From: the human T2T-CHM13v2.0 reference genome, Homo sapiens
Assembly (NCBI RefSeq): GCF_009914755.1
Contig: NC_060944.1
DNA length: 64,000 bases
Strand: one strand, 5' to 3'
A model generated the notes under the pieces. The model made no database searches. It worked only from the letters and a program-made list of their open reading frames with translations, and had not been told where the DNA came from. Position numbers and translations under genes: made by a program. Positions 27,654 through 40,170 of the stretch are shown here, piece by piece. The stretch's first letter is position 1. Each line of letters begins with the position of its first letter.

Positions 27654-29109
27654 AACCTTTCCTCTAAAGCTTCCGTGGTTTATTTAAGGAAACTAGTGAA
27701 TGTAGGGACACTCATCTGTTGCCTAAACCATTAGGAGGATCCCTCAGGCCAAATTCAACACACATGCCCTCCACACTCCAATTTGTGCTAACAAATCACA
27801 TATTGCACAGCCTTATGAAAAAATGAGCATTTTTTATAAATAACTTTATTTTGAATTTTTCCCTTGTCCAAATATGTAGTAATAACAAGGGTGATGCGGA
27901 GCTCTTTTATAATTCTACCCCTTAGGTGAGAGATTTGGAATAGTTGTTAAAATCTAATTCTCTCTGTCTTTCAAAGAGTATAATCAAAGTACTGTGTCTC
28001 TAAGTGGCTGCTTTACTGCCTCACAGAATACGTTATTTGCCTTTTTCTCCAAAAAGGCTTTCCAGCAAGTGCTCTTGGTAAAACGATCTTGACAAAGTTT
28101 TGGAGAGAAGAGTGATGCTCCAACATAAAACAGTCTGGAATTAAGCAGCCGAGCTGTATTCACAGTTGCTCTTCACATTTGTCAGAAACGTGGAGCTGAT
28201 TAAATAGAGGTAAGTTTTCTCCTCCTTGTCCCATTGATTGTTCTCCAGGCTTGGCCCATAAGCAGGTTTTTCTGTGAATTGTGGTCCACTGGAAAAATCA
28301 GTTAACATAAAGATACTTGGAAGTTTTCTCTTCCATGGCCCCAGAGCAGGTGGAAACACTTCACAGCAATGGCAACAATCTTGGAAGGATAGTTTTCTGA
28401 AATTCACCTGCAATAAACTGCCTGTTAAAGATGGAAAGCCAGTAGGGCATGACCCGGGGATGCTCCCACCACCTCTCAGGTCTCTGAAGATAAGCGATCT
28501 CTCTTCTAGTTCTGGGGCAGTAGGCATTTGCCATTAACTACATTTTCTCAAACATATCTGGCAGCCAGGAATCATTTTAGGAGGGTGCTATAAATTTTAA
28601 CTCAGAGAAAGAAACGGAAATCATGGTGTTCAGTTACTGGTAAAGTTTGGCACATATTATCAAGTAAATTTCTCAGGCTTGATTCTCTAGATTGAGAGAA
28701 AACTTGTTCTGAATAAAGGCTTTAAAATCTAGTACTAAGTCAAATGCAAAAATAATAATGTCTAAAAGTTACGTTCTCTTAGGACCCCATTAGACAAAGG
28801 AGAGGGTCTCCTGTTCAGAAACTAGCTGTGCTGTTTAATTTTCTTCTCCACCATTGTGTTTCATATCCTTTTATTTTTCCAATAAGGACAAACACACCCC
28901 AAGAGAAAGGTCAGCCAACTCAAGCTGCTGTTCTCACCCAGATGGTGAGAATCCCAGGGTCACACTAGCTGGGACAATGTAAAGATTGGAGATGTTCCCT
29001 CTCTGGTCACCAGAATTGTCTTAGGCTTAACCTTAGGCCAAGCCCACCCCAGGCCACCCTAACTGAATGACACTCTCTCCTGCAATAGTAATCAGGAATG
29101 AACATTTTC

Positions 29110-29250
29110 ATGGCAGTCTTCAAACTTCACTGCATATTTAGAAATGTCTAAGACCATCAGAGAATTACCAATGCTGGGCACCCCAGATCCCAGAAGCTTC
29201 TATTTAATTGGTCTGGGACTGGACTGGACATCAGTATTTTCTTTTTAAGT
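29110..29250. mobile_element. MER5B-like MITE
   Basis: cttcaaacttcactgcatatttagaa..atgctgggcacccc..tttaattggtctggga..catcagtatttt. Confidence 0.6.
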
Positions 29251-29959
29251 GGCACAGAACAAGTACCTTTTCAAGATTATCAGAATAGGAGAAAAAACTA
29301 GACTCACCAGGCTCACTTTGTGATGAGCCAGCTGTGCACATGGACGGGAGGGATGTCTACTCATGCTGGCACTGTGTTTGGGTGCATTTACAAAGATAGA
29401 GGATAAGATATTTCAGCTCACCTGCACCAAGTCTGGGACACATTCCATATACATGGACACAGGAACATATACATGAGTTGAAGGGGCCTGCTGGGGACTG
29501 TGGGGAGAATCCACTTCTTATCCAAAGGGCCAGATGAGTGTCAGCTCCAGGCAGTGATGCCAGGAGGAACTTTGGCAGGTTGTCCAATGTTTAGGAGAAC
29601 TGAGAATTGGAGTTTTCTATGAAATCTCTTGATTTCCTAAGCATCCGCTACAAACATACAATTTTGACAGGTTGCCTAAAATTCCACCAATGAGATATGA
29701 ATCTGGATATAACAAAAAATGTTTCACCTGCAAGTACTCTCATACCTTGGAGTGAATTTGCTCAATGCCACTCTGCATTGAGTAATAGAACCATGTGGGA
29801 TAATAACAATAGGAGAGAGGTTATTTTGCATCAGGAGAAGGGGATGTTTGCTGAGGGACGCTGGGAAGCCAGGGATTGATGTGTGAGCACCGAATACCTG
29901 AAAGACAGGCAGAGATGAGATTAACAGAAAGAAAGGGAGAAATAACAATGACACTGGCT

Positions 29960-30560
29960 ATAAGAATAAACCTAATGCATCCCCGCCTTGCTGGAATTTA
30001 TGTCTTTGAAGAAGAGGCAGACAGTATGCAAATAAATATATGCCAAGTGATAAGTGATACTGAAGAAAAAGTAGATAGAGCAAGGGAATAGACACCGGAG
30101 AGTACTTTCTTAAACAAGGTGGTTCCGGAAGATCTATTTCTTACAAAACGTGAAGGACATGAGGCAGCAAGCCAGTGATATTCCTGGAATAAGATGGTTC
30201 CTGGCAAAGGAAAGAGGAAGAGCAAAGACCCAGAGGTGGGAATGAGCCTGGGAAGATTGAGAAACAGCAGTGAAGTCAGCATGGCAGGGGCAGAATGTAT
30301 GAGGGAAGAGTGATAGGGCGTCAATTCAGAACAGTGAGGAGGGACAGAGATGTGCAAGACTCTGAACCGTTGCACAGATACTGGCCTTTAAGGGAGACAG
30401 GTAGGTGTTGGGGGCTTTGAAACAGAGGAGTCACATGATCTGACATACTTCAAAAGGATCACTCTGCATTGAGAACTGCTGTCCTGAGAACATGCTATAG
30501 GGGACTATAGGAAAAGCTGGGAGCCCAGCCCAGAGGATATGCAATAATCCATGCAACGCA
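29960..30560 (-). mobile_element. L2 fragment
   Basis: ttcctggcaaaggaaagaggaagagcaaagacccagaggtgggaatgagcctgg..acatgatctgac..aaaaggatcactctg. Confidence 0.8.
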
Positions 30561-31341
30561 GAATGCCTCCAAAGTCAACTCACGTTTCTGCTGGCAGAAT
30601 ACTGGGAAATGCAGACTAGGGCGGCAAAGACAGCAGATGTCCAACACAGGCTTAACCATCTTCCATTAAACCGGGCAATTACTGTTTGCCTTCAGCCACA
30701 TCTGGAAACTAATAGCGGAAGAGAGTATGACATTCTCAGCCAGCTCCATCTTAAGGAAAAGAAATTTCTCCACTCATGTTGCAGGGGTCTAAGGGTAGTG
30801 GAAGTCATGGTGGTAAAAAGAGAATGATGGCTTTTCTCCGTAAACAGCCACAAATGTTTGAGTTATGGATAACAATTAAGCCCTAATTGGCAATAATGTA
30901 AACCTCTTCTGAATGGATGTGGTAAATATTGAAACAAACGAGCTGCTATTTTTCAGACCTGGATGGCAGTCAGTCAAAATGAAAAGCTAATTTCAGCCTT
31001 GGAGGCAAACTCTGTATTTTAATCAAGTGTGACAGAGTGGGAACAATAAATTGGCATTTAAGGTGAGGGGCTATTGACTTCCCTGCTGCAATCCTTGTGA
31101 TAAGTTGCAATGCCCCCCTTGCAAAATGAAAACAAACTATGGCTTTGATCCAGAGCATAAACATCTAGGGAACTGGCCAGAGGCAGAGTTCAAAGGCAGC
31201 TGAAAGCTAAAGGCAAATGGTCCACCTTCCCAGATGTCCAGTGCTGGGAGGACACCTTGTGCTATTTGGTTGTCCTCGCAATTGCCGGCCAATGTAATTA
31301 ATCAAAAGTTTCTATACTGAGAATCATGAAAATAAAGGAGG

Positions 31342-31411
31342 GTGCGTGTGTGTGTGTTTGTGTGTGTGTGTTTGTGTGTGTGTGTGAGAGAGAGAGAGTG
31401 TGTGTGTGTGT
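31342..31411. repeat. (TG)n(GA)n(TG)n microsatellite
   Basis: Directly visible. Confidence 0.95.
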
Positions 31412-31599
31412 ACTCTACCATACTGCAACACAGCACTAAAATCTAATTATGAAGGATCTGAAATAATAATTTAGTAAATGATGTATTCAAGAATTATTAG
31501 CTAGGTGCCAATTACATCCAAAGCACGGTTATAGGCGCCGAGGAATCAGCAGCAAACAAAGTTTTCTCAAGTAACTTACATTCTAGTGAAAATAACAGC

Positions 31600-31770
31600 T
31601 AAAACTTTGAGTTTTATGCTGGGGGTCTGGACTGTTCTAAGTGTGTGTGCATTGACATACGTATTTTTCATTATAATCCTATGTGTTAACTACCTTTATT
31701 ACCTCTGATGTACAATTGAGAATGCTGAGGCACAGGTTCAGGAATGAGGCTAAGGTCACACAGCTATGTA
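31600..31770 (-). mobile_element. MIR SINE
   Basis: actgttctaagtg..aatcctatg..tgagaatgctgaggcacag..aaggtcacacagcta. Confidence 0.65.
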
Positions 31771-33245
31771 TGTCTGCTGGGTACAATAGTAAGCCAGGCA
31801 ATGACATTGTCCTCTTTAAGCTTCAGGCCTAGAGGGGAATCAAGCATGAAACAAGGAATTTCAAGTGTTTCAACTGTTAACAAAGGAAATGCATGGAATT
31901 GGGGCAGGGGAGGGTAATAAGACCCAATCTAGCTTGACTTTTTTTTTTATTATAGCAATAAAACTTGTATTATGGCCTCTCATAAAAATGCATCTGTTTT
32001 CCTGAATAACAAGTCTGGCTGATTTGAGGACAATAGTTGGTTTTGTTCTTTGCTAAAACTGGCAGTCCGAAATCCTAATTTCCTTTCTCCATATTCATGT
32101 TAACCTCCCTTCCCCAAATCCTATAAGGATGGGCTAAACATGGAAGAGTGAGATGAATATTTTCTAACACATTAAACTTCTAGAATCAAATAGTGTATAT
32201 AATTTATATATGTAATGTTCTGAAGATTTCGTATCTTCTGTGAGTCTGTCTCCATATATATTATTTATATGTTTTAATATTTCAATAAAGCCAGTAGGGT
32301 TCATGTTACTCTGAATCCCTCATTCTAATAAAAGAAAATCAGCTTGTAAAATATTTACTTTATTAATCTTAACATATTGAGGGTACTTTATTAATTGTAC
32401 AGGGTTTAAGGGTATGATTTTGAAAAAATAAAAAGAAAAATCCTGTCCCTGATAGTCTCAGGTGCTCACCAAGTGACATGATGCTATGTACGTGTATAAC
32501 TCCTGCTCTAATTCTCGAGAGGTGAGGAGATGTAGAGAATTAAAAACAAAAAGCAAAACTGACTTTCTCAGTAGGCTTTGTTAATTACCTGAAGAAGGAA
32601 TTGTGAGCTTTTTCACATTAGTGGGGACAATCATAACACAGTAAAAGCTCCAAGTTTCCAGATCGCATTCTCCAAAGGTGTTTTCGAATGGCTGTTTAAG
32701 TCCCACCCAGAAAATATAAAGCCATAGAGGAGTTCATTTAGCCATGTCATTAAAAACATTTGGGAAGTCAATCAGCCTCTCTCTTCCTCCATTTCCCGAA
32801 CTGTTAATGGGAACAATAACTGTGATCTCGTCTGGATATTTGTCTCTGCCCAAATCTCATGTTGAATTGTAATCTCCAGTGTTGGAGGTGGAGCCTGGTA
32901 GGAAGTGTTTGGATCATGGGTGGCTTGGGCCATCCCATGGGTGACAAGTGAGCTCTCACTCTGGGTTTCCATGGGATCTGGTTGTTTAAAAGTATGTGGT
33001 GCCTCCCTTCCCACTCTTTCTCTCTCTCATTGGCCCCTGTGCTTTCACCATGTGACACGCCTGCTCCCTCTTCGCCTTCCCCCGTGACCGCGAGCTCCCT
33101 GAGGCTTCACAAGACGCCGAGTAGATGCCTGCACCATGCTTCCTGTAAAGCCTGCCAAACTACTTTCTTTATAAATTAAACCTCCTTTCTTTATAAATTA
33201 ACCAGTCTCAGGTATTTCTTTTTGTAAAATCTAAAATAAAATTCA

Positions 33246-33539
33246 GACTGGGCACTTTGGCTCATGCCTGTAATCCCAGCACTTTGGGAGGCCGAGGAGG
33301 GCAGATCACTTGAGGTCAGGAGTTCAAAACCAGCCAGGCCAACATGGTAAAACCCCGGCTCTACTAAAAATATATTTTAAAAATTAGCTGGCCATGGTGG
33401 TGGGCACCTGTAATTCCAGCAACTCAAGAGGCTGAGGCAAGACAATCACTTGAACCAAGGAGGCAGAGGTTGCAGTGAGCCATGACTGTGCCACTGCACT
33501 CCAGCCTGGGTGACAGAGTGAGATTCTGTCTCAAAAAAA
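33246..33539 (+). mobile_element. Alu (Sz/Jb-like)
   Basis: Full dimer; gatcacttgaggtcagg; residual TSD aataaaat. Confidence 0.93.
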
Positions 33540-33556
33540 TTAATAAAATGTAATAC

Positions 33557-33867
33557 TTTTTTTAACTTTTAAGTTCAGGGGTACATGTACAGGATGGGCA
33601 GGTTTATTACAAAGGTAAACATGTGTCATGGGGTTTGTTGTACAGATTATTTCACCACCCAGGTATTAAGCCTAGTATCCATTAGTTATTTTTCCTATTC
33701 CTGTCCTTCCTCCCATCCTCCCGCCTCGGATAGGCCCCAGCGTGTGTTGTTTCACTCTATGTGTCCATGTATTCTCATCATTTAGCTCCCACTCATAAGT
33801 CAGAACCTGCAGTATCTGGTTTTCTGTTCCTGTGTTAGTTTGCTAAGGATAATGGCCTCTAGATCCA
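33557..33867 (-). mobile_element. L1PA (approx. PA13) 3' end
   Basis: aagttcaggggtacatgt..ggtttgttgtacagattatttcaccacccaggtattaagcctagta..tttagctcccact; TSD gtatttcttt at 33212-33221 and 33868-33877. Confidence 0.9.
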
Positions 33868-34020
33868 GTATTTCTTTATAGCTATGCAAAAACAACTTAA
33901 TGTAAACTGTATCCATCTCATAAGGCTGATAGTTCAATTAGTCAATATACAAAAATCCCTAGAACAGTACTCAGCACAAAGTTGTACACACACATAAGTT
34001 GCTATGTTGTTGTCATGTAA

Positions 34021-34314
34021 TTTTTTTTTTTTTTTTCTGAGACAGTCTCTCTCACCCAGGCTGGAGTGCAACGGCATGATCTCTGCTCATGGCAACCTCC
34101 TCCTCCTCCCGGGTTCAAGAGGTTTTCCTGCCTCAGGCACCTGAGTACCTGGGATTACAGGCGTGCACCACCACACCTGGCTAGTTTTTGTGTTTTTAGT
34201 AGAGATGAGGTTTCATCACGTTGACCAGGCTGGTCTCGAACATGACCACAGGTGATCGCCTGCCTTGGCCTCCCAAAGTGCTGAGAATACAGGCATGAGT
34301 CATCACGCCTAGCC
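34021..34314 (-). mobile_element. AluS (Sx-like)
   Basis: T16 followed by reverse-complement Alu dimer. Confidence 0.95.
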
Positions 34315-34324
34315 CACTTTACAT

Positions 34325-34885
34325 ATATTTATTGGACACCTACTCTACTCTCTTTTATCTGCTAATGAGAGCAACAAAGACAAGGTCTTTACTTGTTGCC
34401 ATATACTCTTATAGGGAAAACAAGCAATAGATAAACAAGACAATTTCAGCTTTGGTTAATGGCTATTCATAAAATTTAAAAAGGCTTATGAGAAAGGATG
34501 CCTCCCTGGACAACAGGGGAGCTAGAGAAGCCTCTCTGTGGGGGTGACATTTGAGGTGAGACCTGAATGGTGGAGAAAGTCTTGGCCAGGAGAACATTTA
34601 GAAAGAAGTGTTCCACACAGAGAACAGCAAAGGCGAGAATCTTGCTCCAAAATATATTAGCTTGTATTGTATTGTGGAGCAAAGAAGCCCACTGGACTGG
34701 GGTAGAAGGGTGAGAGATGAAGTGTCAGAGGAGAACGGGGACAAGGTCCAGACATGAGGACTGGCGAGAAGTTGGCTTCTATGCCAAGTATGCTGGGAGG
34801 CCACGAGACACTTACAGACTTGGAAACAACACTCTTCAACCTACATCTGAAAAGACAACTCTGGTTGTTTCAGCCATTTACCTAG
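34325..34885 (-). mobile_element. L2 fragment
   Basis: tatttattggacacctact..ggtgacatttgaggtgagacctgaatg..gtgttccacacagagaacagcaa..actctggttg. Confidence 0.75.
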
Positions 34886-37458
34886 GTCGCCAGAGGTAAA
34901 CACATCTTTTCCAGACACAGAAGGGAGAATGTTTGAGGGATTTATTGAGAACGTAAATCTCACAGGTGTCAGAGCTAGAGGAGGCCTCTGGAAGGTGAAG
35001 TCCAACACCTTCATCTTATAGAGAAGGAAACAGCCTATCTTCCAATACATCAGGCTCAGACTTGAGAGAAATGTTGATTGCTTTGCAAGTGCAGGTGTTG
35101 AATTAATTCAAGATGAGGCCTGAAAGCATAAGCTGCACCTGTGTTCCAGAAACAGGAGGAACCTTGCTAGGTTCTTTATTACCCTATGGAAACAAATGGG
35201 CTGCTTCTTCCTAAGTCTTCCTAAGAATATGTCTCCAGCCCCTACCATCAATACTTGGTGTCAAGCAGGGTCTTGCATATGCCAGCTGTGTGCAGGGACC
35301 CACCTGAACAAAGGTGAAAAAGAAGAAAAGAAAAATGCATCAGGTCTATGCTCCCCAAATTAAGTCTGTGCATGAAGGACCCAGACATCAGAGTGCAAGT
35401 TCACATGCCAGTTCTGACTGCATTAGGGCATTGGGTCCTAATCTTATGTCATGCATTCATTAGGAAAGCACGTGGATCTTCAGGGTGAAAAAAGGAAAAA
35501 ATTTAAAAGATCACACCCACATTCTGTTACTGCATTGCACCTCAGAAACCTGAGCTTGGCAGATGGGAGTTAAAAAGAAGCGCTAGTTGCCTGAAGCATG
35601 TCTTAATTTGTTATGTTGGTTCTATTTGTTTCTCTTTTTAATGGTTCACTTAGCCAAACTGGGGCTGGGAAAAAAAAATCAATCTTAGAAGATGCCCAAA
35701 CTTTTTGAAAATAATTTTGAATTAAGGAATCTAGAGAGAAATGAGTTTGGATAGATTTTACTATTTAATTTACACCATCTAGAAGATTATATAAATCCAG
35801 TGCTGGAGTCCCCAGCAGGAAGATGAAATACACAGTTGGGGCACCAACAAAGCCAGGGGCATTTTTTTTTTTTTTGGTAAGAAATACATTGCCATGTTCA
35901 AAAGTCTAAGTAATAATTATGGGGGGAAAGAAATTTGTTGGACATCCACTCATGCTTGTACTATTGATTATTCTGAACTTCGCATGAAGTAGGAAGTTAG
36001 GTCATAATCCTTATAGTAATACTAAGGGCTTCTAAGGGGCTTAATCTGAGGACCGTCATAGTCAGTGGGATAATGTCAGTAAAGTGTCTTGATTTCTTCC
36101 AAAGACTATGGTTGATAAGTGTTAGCATTTGTCCTTTCCCTGCCTTTTCTCTAAGCTCATTCCACCCATTAATATAACATTATTCAAAACTTACATGTAT
36201 TTTTCATTTTATAGTTTTAAAACAGTTTGGGGGAACCATCATCCTATGAGATTTTTACAACAAGCCTGCAAGGGAACCCACACTAAGAGGCTCTGGCAAT
36301 GACTGGATTGCTCATGGCGTGTTAGAGTCATTTTTTTAATACAAGCTGAATTGCCCTCCTCCCTCACTATAGGTTTCAAGGAAATAGGGTGATGGGGAGG
36401 AGGAAGTTGTGAGTCTATTTATCATAAATATGAGTAATAAGATCAATTTTATGAACATTTTCCTATGACAGAGTTTTATGATACATATTCTCTAAGACAC
36501 ATTTTGTAATTCTGGAGTTAACACATGTCTTGGGGATAATGGTTGGAGTCCTAAATTGAGATTAAGGAAGTCTGTGTAGTCTAAGAGTTTGGTGGCTCTG
36601 AAAAGGTTTATCTTCTTTACATGGACTATGAGAAAACAGGAGATGATCTAACTTATGAAAAAGAATTGAGCGTAATGCAATTTCATTTTACCTGAAACCT
36701 TTGCCCCATATTTCATTCACAGGTTTTAAATACTCTGTATCCTTCTCTATCTTGTTTATAGAGAAAGATGCTGCACATCACTGTATCTGAATAAAAAATA
36801 ATTTGTAGGTCTTCAGGATTGCTTCCTCTTTGCAAAATCCCTTGCCTAACTTATGATTCCTTTCATCGAGGCTGAGTCAAAAAAAGATATAAGAATGGAG
36901 ACAGGAGAAGATAGAAATGGAGATTTCATTTTCTCTTCTCAAAAAGAAGACAACTTTCTGATTCCACAATAGGAGGCCAAGGTGTTATGAACCTCATTAC
37001 ACAGATAGGCTTAAGTAATTTTCCCAAAATCTCATAGCTGGAAAATTACCACGAGGGGATAAGAACTCTGCCTCTTCAACTCCACATCCGGAGCCATGCC
37101 ATACAGGGAAATAAATAGTCCCATTTAATTTGATCTAATCAGTGATCTGTTGAAAGAGAAAGATAAACGTCCACTTTTTTAAGCTGACATGATCTTGAAA
37201 CTGCACTTGAAGTTTGGATAGGATCCAAGTGTGGAAAGCCCACCCCCTCCTGCATCAGTCATTTCATTTTTATCAAATTGAAATGCAGCCATTCTTTGCC
37301 CTAATTATCCCCCCTTTGTCAATTCTGCTCCTTCACAATGGATCTTCATTCATTAATGTATACAACACTTTTTTTATTCCATTCAGGCAAACAAATATAA
37401 GAGTGCTCATCAAATCTCAATGCTCTTCTGGGAAGTGGAGCTAAAGTGCTAAAGGTAG

Positions 37459-37761
37459 GGCCAGGCATGGTGGCTCATGCCTGTAATCCCAGCACTTTGG
37501 AAGGCCCAGGCAGGCAGATTGCCTGAGATCAGGAGTTTGAGACCAGACTGGCCAGCATGGCAAAACCCCCTCTCTACTAAAAATATGAAATTAGCCCGGC
37601 ATGGTAGCACGCCCCTGTAGCCCCAGCTACTCAGGAGGCTGAGGTAGGAGAATCGCTTCAACTTGGGAGGTGGAGGTTGCAGTGAGCCAAGATCACACTA
37701 CTTCACTCTAGCCTGGGTGAAAGAGACTCTGTCTCATAAATAAATAAATAAATAAATAAAT
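37459..37761 (+). mobile_element. AluS (Sx/Sz-like) with (TAAA)n tail
   Basis: Full dimer; TSD taaagtgctaaaggtag / taaagtgctaacgatag. Confidence 0.95.
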
Positions 37762-38849
37762 TAAAGTGCTAACGATAGTGGCCCTGCTTTCTAGAGTTCA
37801 TATTCTACTGTCAAGAAAGAGGTAAGTACAAAGTCAATGAGCCTGGAAGGACCCAAGATCCTTGGACAAAGTCCAAGGGGTTCTCTGATCAGAGGCTGGT
37901 GCTTTTACAAGAGGAATACAGAAGCCTAGGAAGGTGGATGGACCTCCTCCTTGTCACTTTCTTCCTTTGATTCATCTTTTTTTGTTCTCTATCTTTAGAG
38001 AAGCAAGACCTAAAGCAGTCAATATTATAAAAAGAAAAGGAAAAAACACCTCAGAAATCTTTAATCAAACAAAATTAATCCCAAGTTTAAATAACTAAAC
38101 CAGATAAAGGCAGAGCTACTCGAATCGACTAGAGGGTGGAGGAATTTGAGTTAATCTGCTTGTTCTCTCTGTTTTCGTTTTGCAAGGGGTCTTTGGCAGT
38201 GGTGTGGTTTAGAGGTACATGGAGCTGTGAAGGCACTGGAGAGCCAAGTTATAAACCATTGACAACCTTGGTTAGATTTTAGACCTAGCCCATGGAAAAG
38301 AGCAAAAATGCCTGGTCAACCTATTTTTAAAGGAGGCCTTTGTTCAGTGAAGCCAAAAGACTCTAGGCAGCTCAGCCAGTCAGAATTTCTCTTTAAGGAT
38401 ATGGGTCATGTATCTTCCACAGAGCATCTCTTTTTTACATCTTCCTCTCCTTCCAACATGGGAAAACTGTAGGCAACTGGTGAAGAAAGAATTCAATATT
38501 CACCCAAATATATTTTCATCTCAACATGGCTTTCATGCTTGGTATTACATTTAAATGATGACTCATTCTAAAAATTTTAACATAAATGATAGACCTACAA
38601 AACATGCATGCCTATTATAAATTTGGTTTACTCTCAAGAGGCTTTTGATAAGTCATGCAGACGGCTTTTAGATAATTTCAGTATCTACAGGTTTAATGGT
38701 CTTTGGGAAGAGATAGGAACAAAATGGAAACAAAAAGGTAATGTGTAAGAAATCAACCAATTTTTTATTCTAATTCTGGAAAAATTTTGTCGATTTGTTC
38801 GGCATAGTATTACTCCACCTCCCCCTATCCTCAGAGAAAGATTTCTAAG

Positions 38850-39097
38850 AACTAGATTTTAAAACTAAATAAGTCTGGATTCAAAGCTCCTCAGAGCTCT
38901 ACCAACTGTCAGCTCTGTGACCTAGAGCAAACAATTTAACTTCTCTTTGCTTAATTTGCTCAACTGTAAAATGGGATAATAACAGCAATGACCTCATAGA
39001 GTTGTCACGAGCACTGGATTTAATGAGATAATGTAGGCTAAGAGCTGGGGCCAGGGTCTAGCACATGGTGAGCACTCAATAAATGGTAGCTATTATA
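38850..39097 (+). mobile_element. MIR SINE (near full length)
   Basis: agctctgtgaccta..tttaacttctct..ctgtaaaatgggataataacag..acctcatagagttgt..agcacatggtgagcactcaataaatggtagctatta. Confidence 0.9.
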
Positions 39098-39569
39098 CAC
39101 CATGTGTCTATTTTATTGTTTTTTCATTTTGACACTTCCTAGCACAGGACTTCAAATCCCTTCCGTGCTCTAGAATCAATCAACTGTTTGGGGGTAATAA
39201 TTATTAAGCTTAATATGCAGATGTGGAACAGCCAAGTAGGATTAAACACTAACCATGATCGAGCCTTGGGTCCACCAGATATTTTCACACAAATTATCAC
39301 CTTTAATCCTTTATGCAGCCCTATGAGGTACGTGTGGCCAAGTGGATAGCAGAGTGGGAACGAGATTGTGTGATTAAATGCTGAGTCAGACCGTGTCAAT
39401 TCAAATTCTAACTCTACTTCCTACACGCTACTTGGCTTTTGGGAAATAATTTCTTTCATCAAATTCCATTTTGCTCAAGGAATATAACAATAATTAAAAG
39501 GCATAATGCAAGCAAACATATCACATGGTTCCTAGTACATAAGTATGGAACAGTGTTCAGTTTTATTAT

Positions 39570-40170
39570 TGTAGAAGCTCTTTTAATCAACCTCCACTTA
39601 ACTGACATGACAATCGCCATTCCTTCAGGAAAACATAGTGACTTATTCTTACTCATCCCTGGATCTCTCATCTTTTTGCACACCTGTGCTTCCCCCAGGT
39701 AAATTCTATATAAACCAAGATCATTTATGGTTGCTTATTTCACTTGTACCTATTATTGAAAGTATATCATTTTGTTAAACTTTACATAAATTATTGAATA
39801 TTAGTGCAAAATAATTTTTCTATAAAAATTAAGTTAAAATATTTGGAAAGATAGAAGAGAGACTGCTTATTTTATAAGGCAGTTGAACTAGGTTTAAATA
39901 GAAAATCATATAAAAATAGAACAGTCATGAACACATCTAAAAATCATCCATAGACATTGCTTCACAATATGTTTTTAAATTTCCTCTTAAAAAAGAAACT
40001 GGGAAATTGCCAACATGTGTCATGGGTATAGCTTACATAAGAAAGGTGCAGAACTCCAATAAGCGAACGCACACTCAAAGAAAAAGCTCTCGCCTTACAA
40101 AAAGATTAGCAAATGAATGAACAATTACATGTTTTAATATAAAACAACTCCCACTATGTTAGCTATTATT
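39570..40170 (+). mobile_element. Tigger (pogo-family, Tigger13-like) relic with CENP-B-type HTH remnant
   Basis: 40050-40097 translates RTPISERTLKEKALAL, similar to the Tigger/CENP-B HTH motif G-P-ISG-ILKEKA; upstream sequence is degenerate and frameshifted. Confidence 0.65.

Larger units (their letters stand above)
32823..33904 (+). mobile_element. MSTA-like MaLR solo LTR (split by L1+Alu at 33222-33867)
   Basis: cccaaatctcatgttgaattgtaatc..gttggaggtggagcctgg..ccagtctcaggtatttcttt|atagc; perfect 5-bp TSD aactg at 32818-32822 and 33905-33909. Confidence 0.9.

Noticed and set aside
28141-28527. Longest ORF (128 aa, minus strand)
   Set aside because: No recognisable domain, and the length is compatible with chance in 64 kb over six frames.
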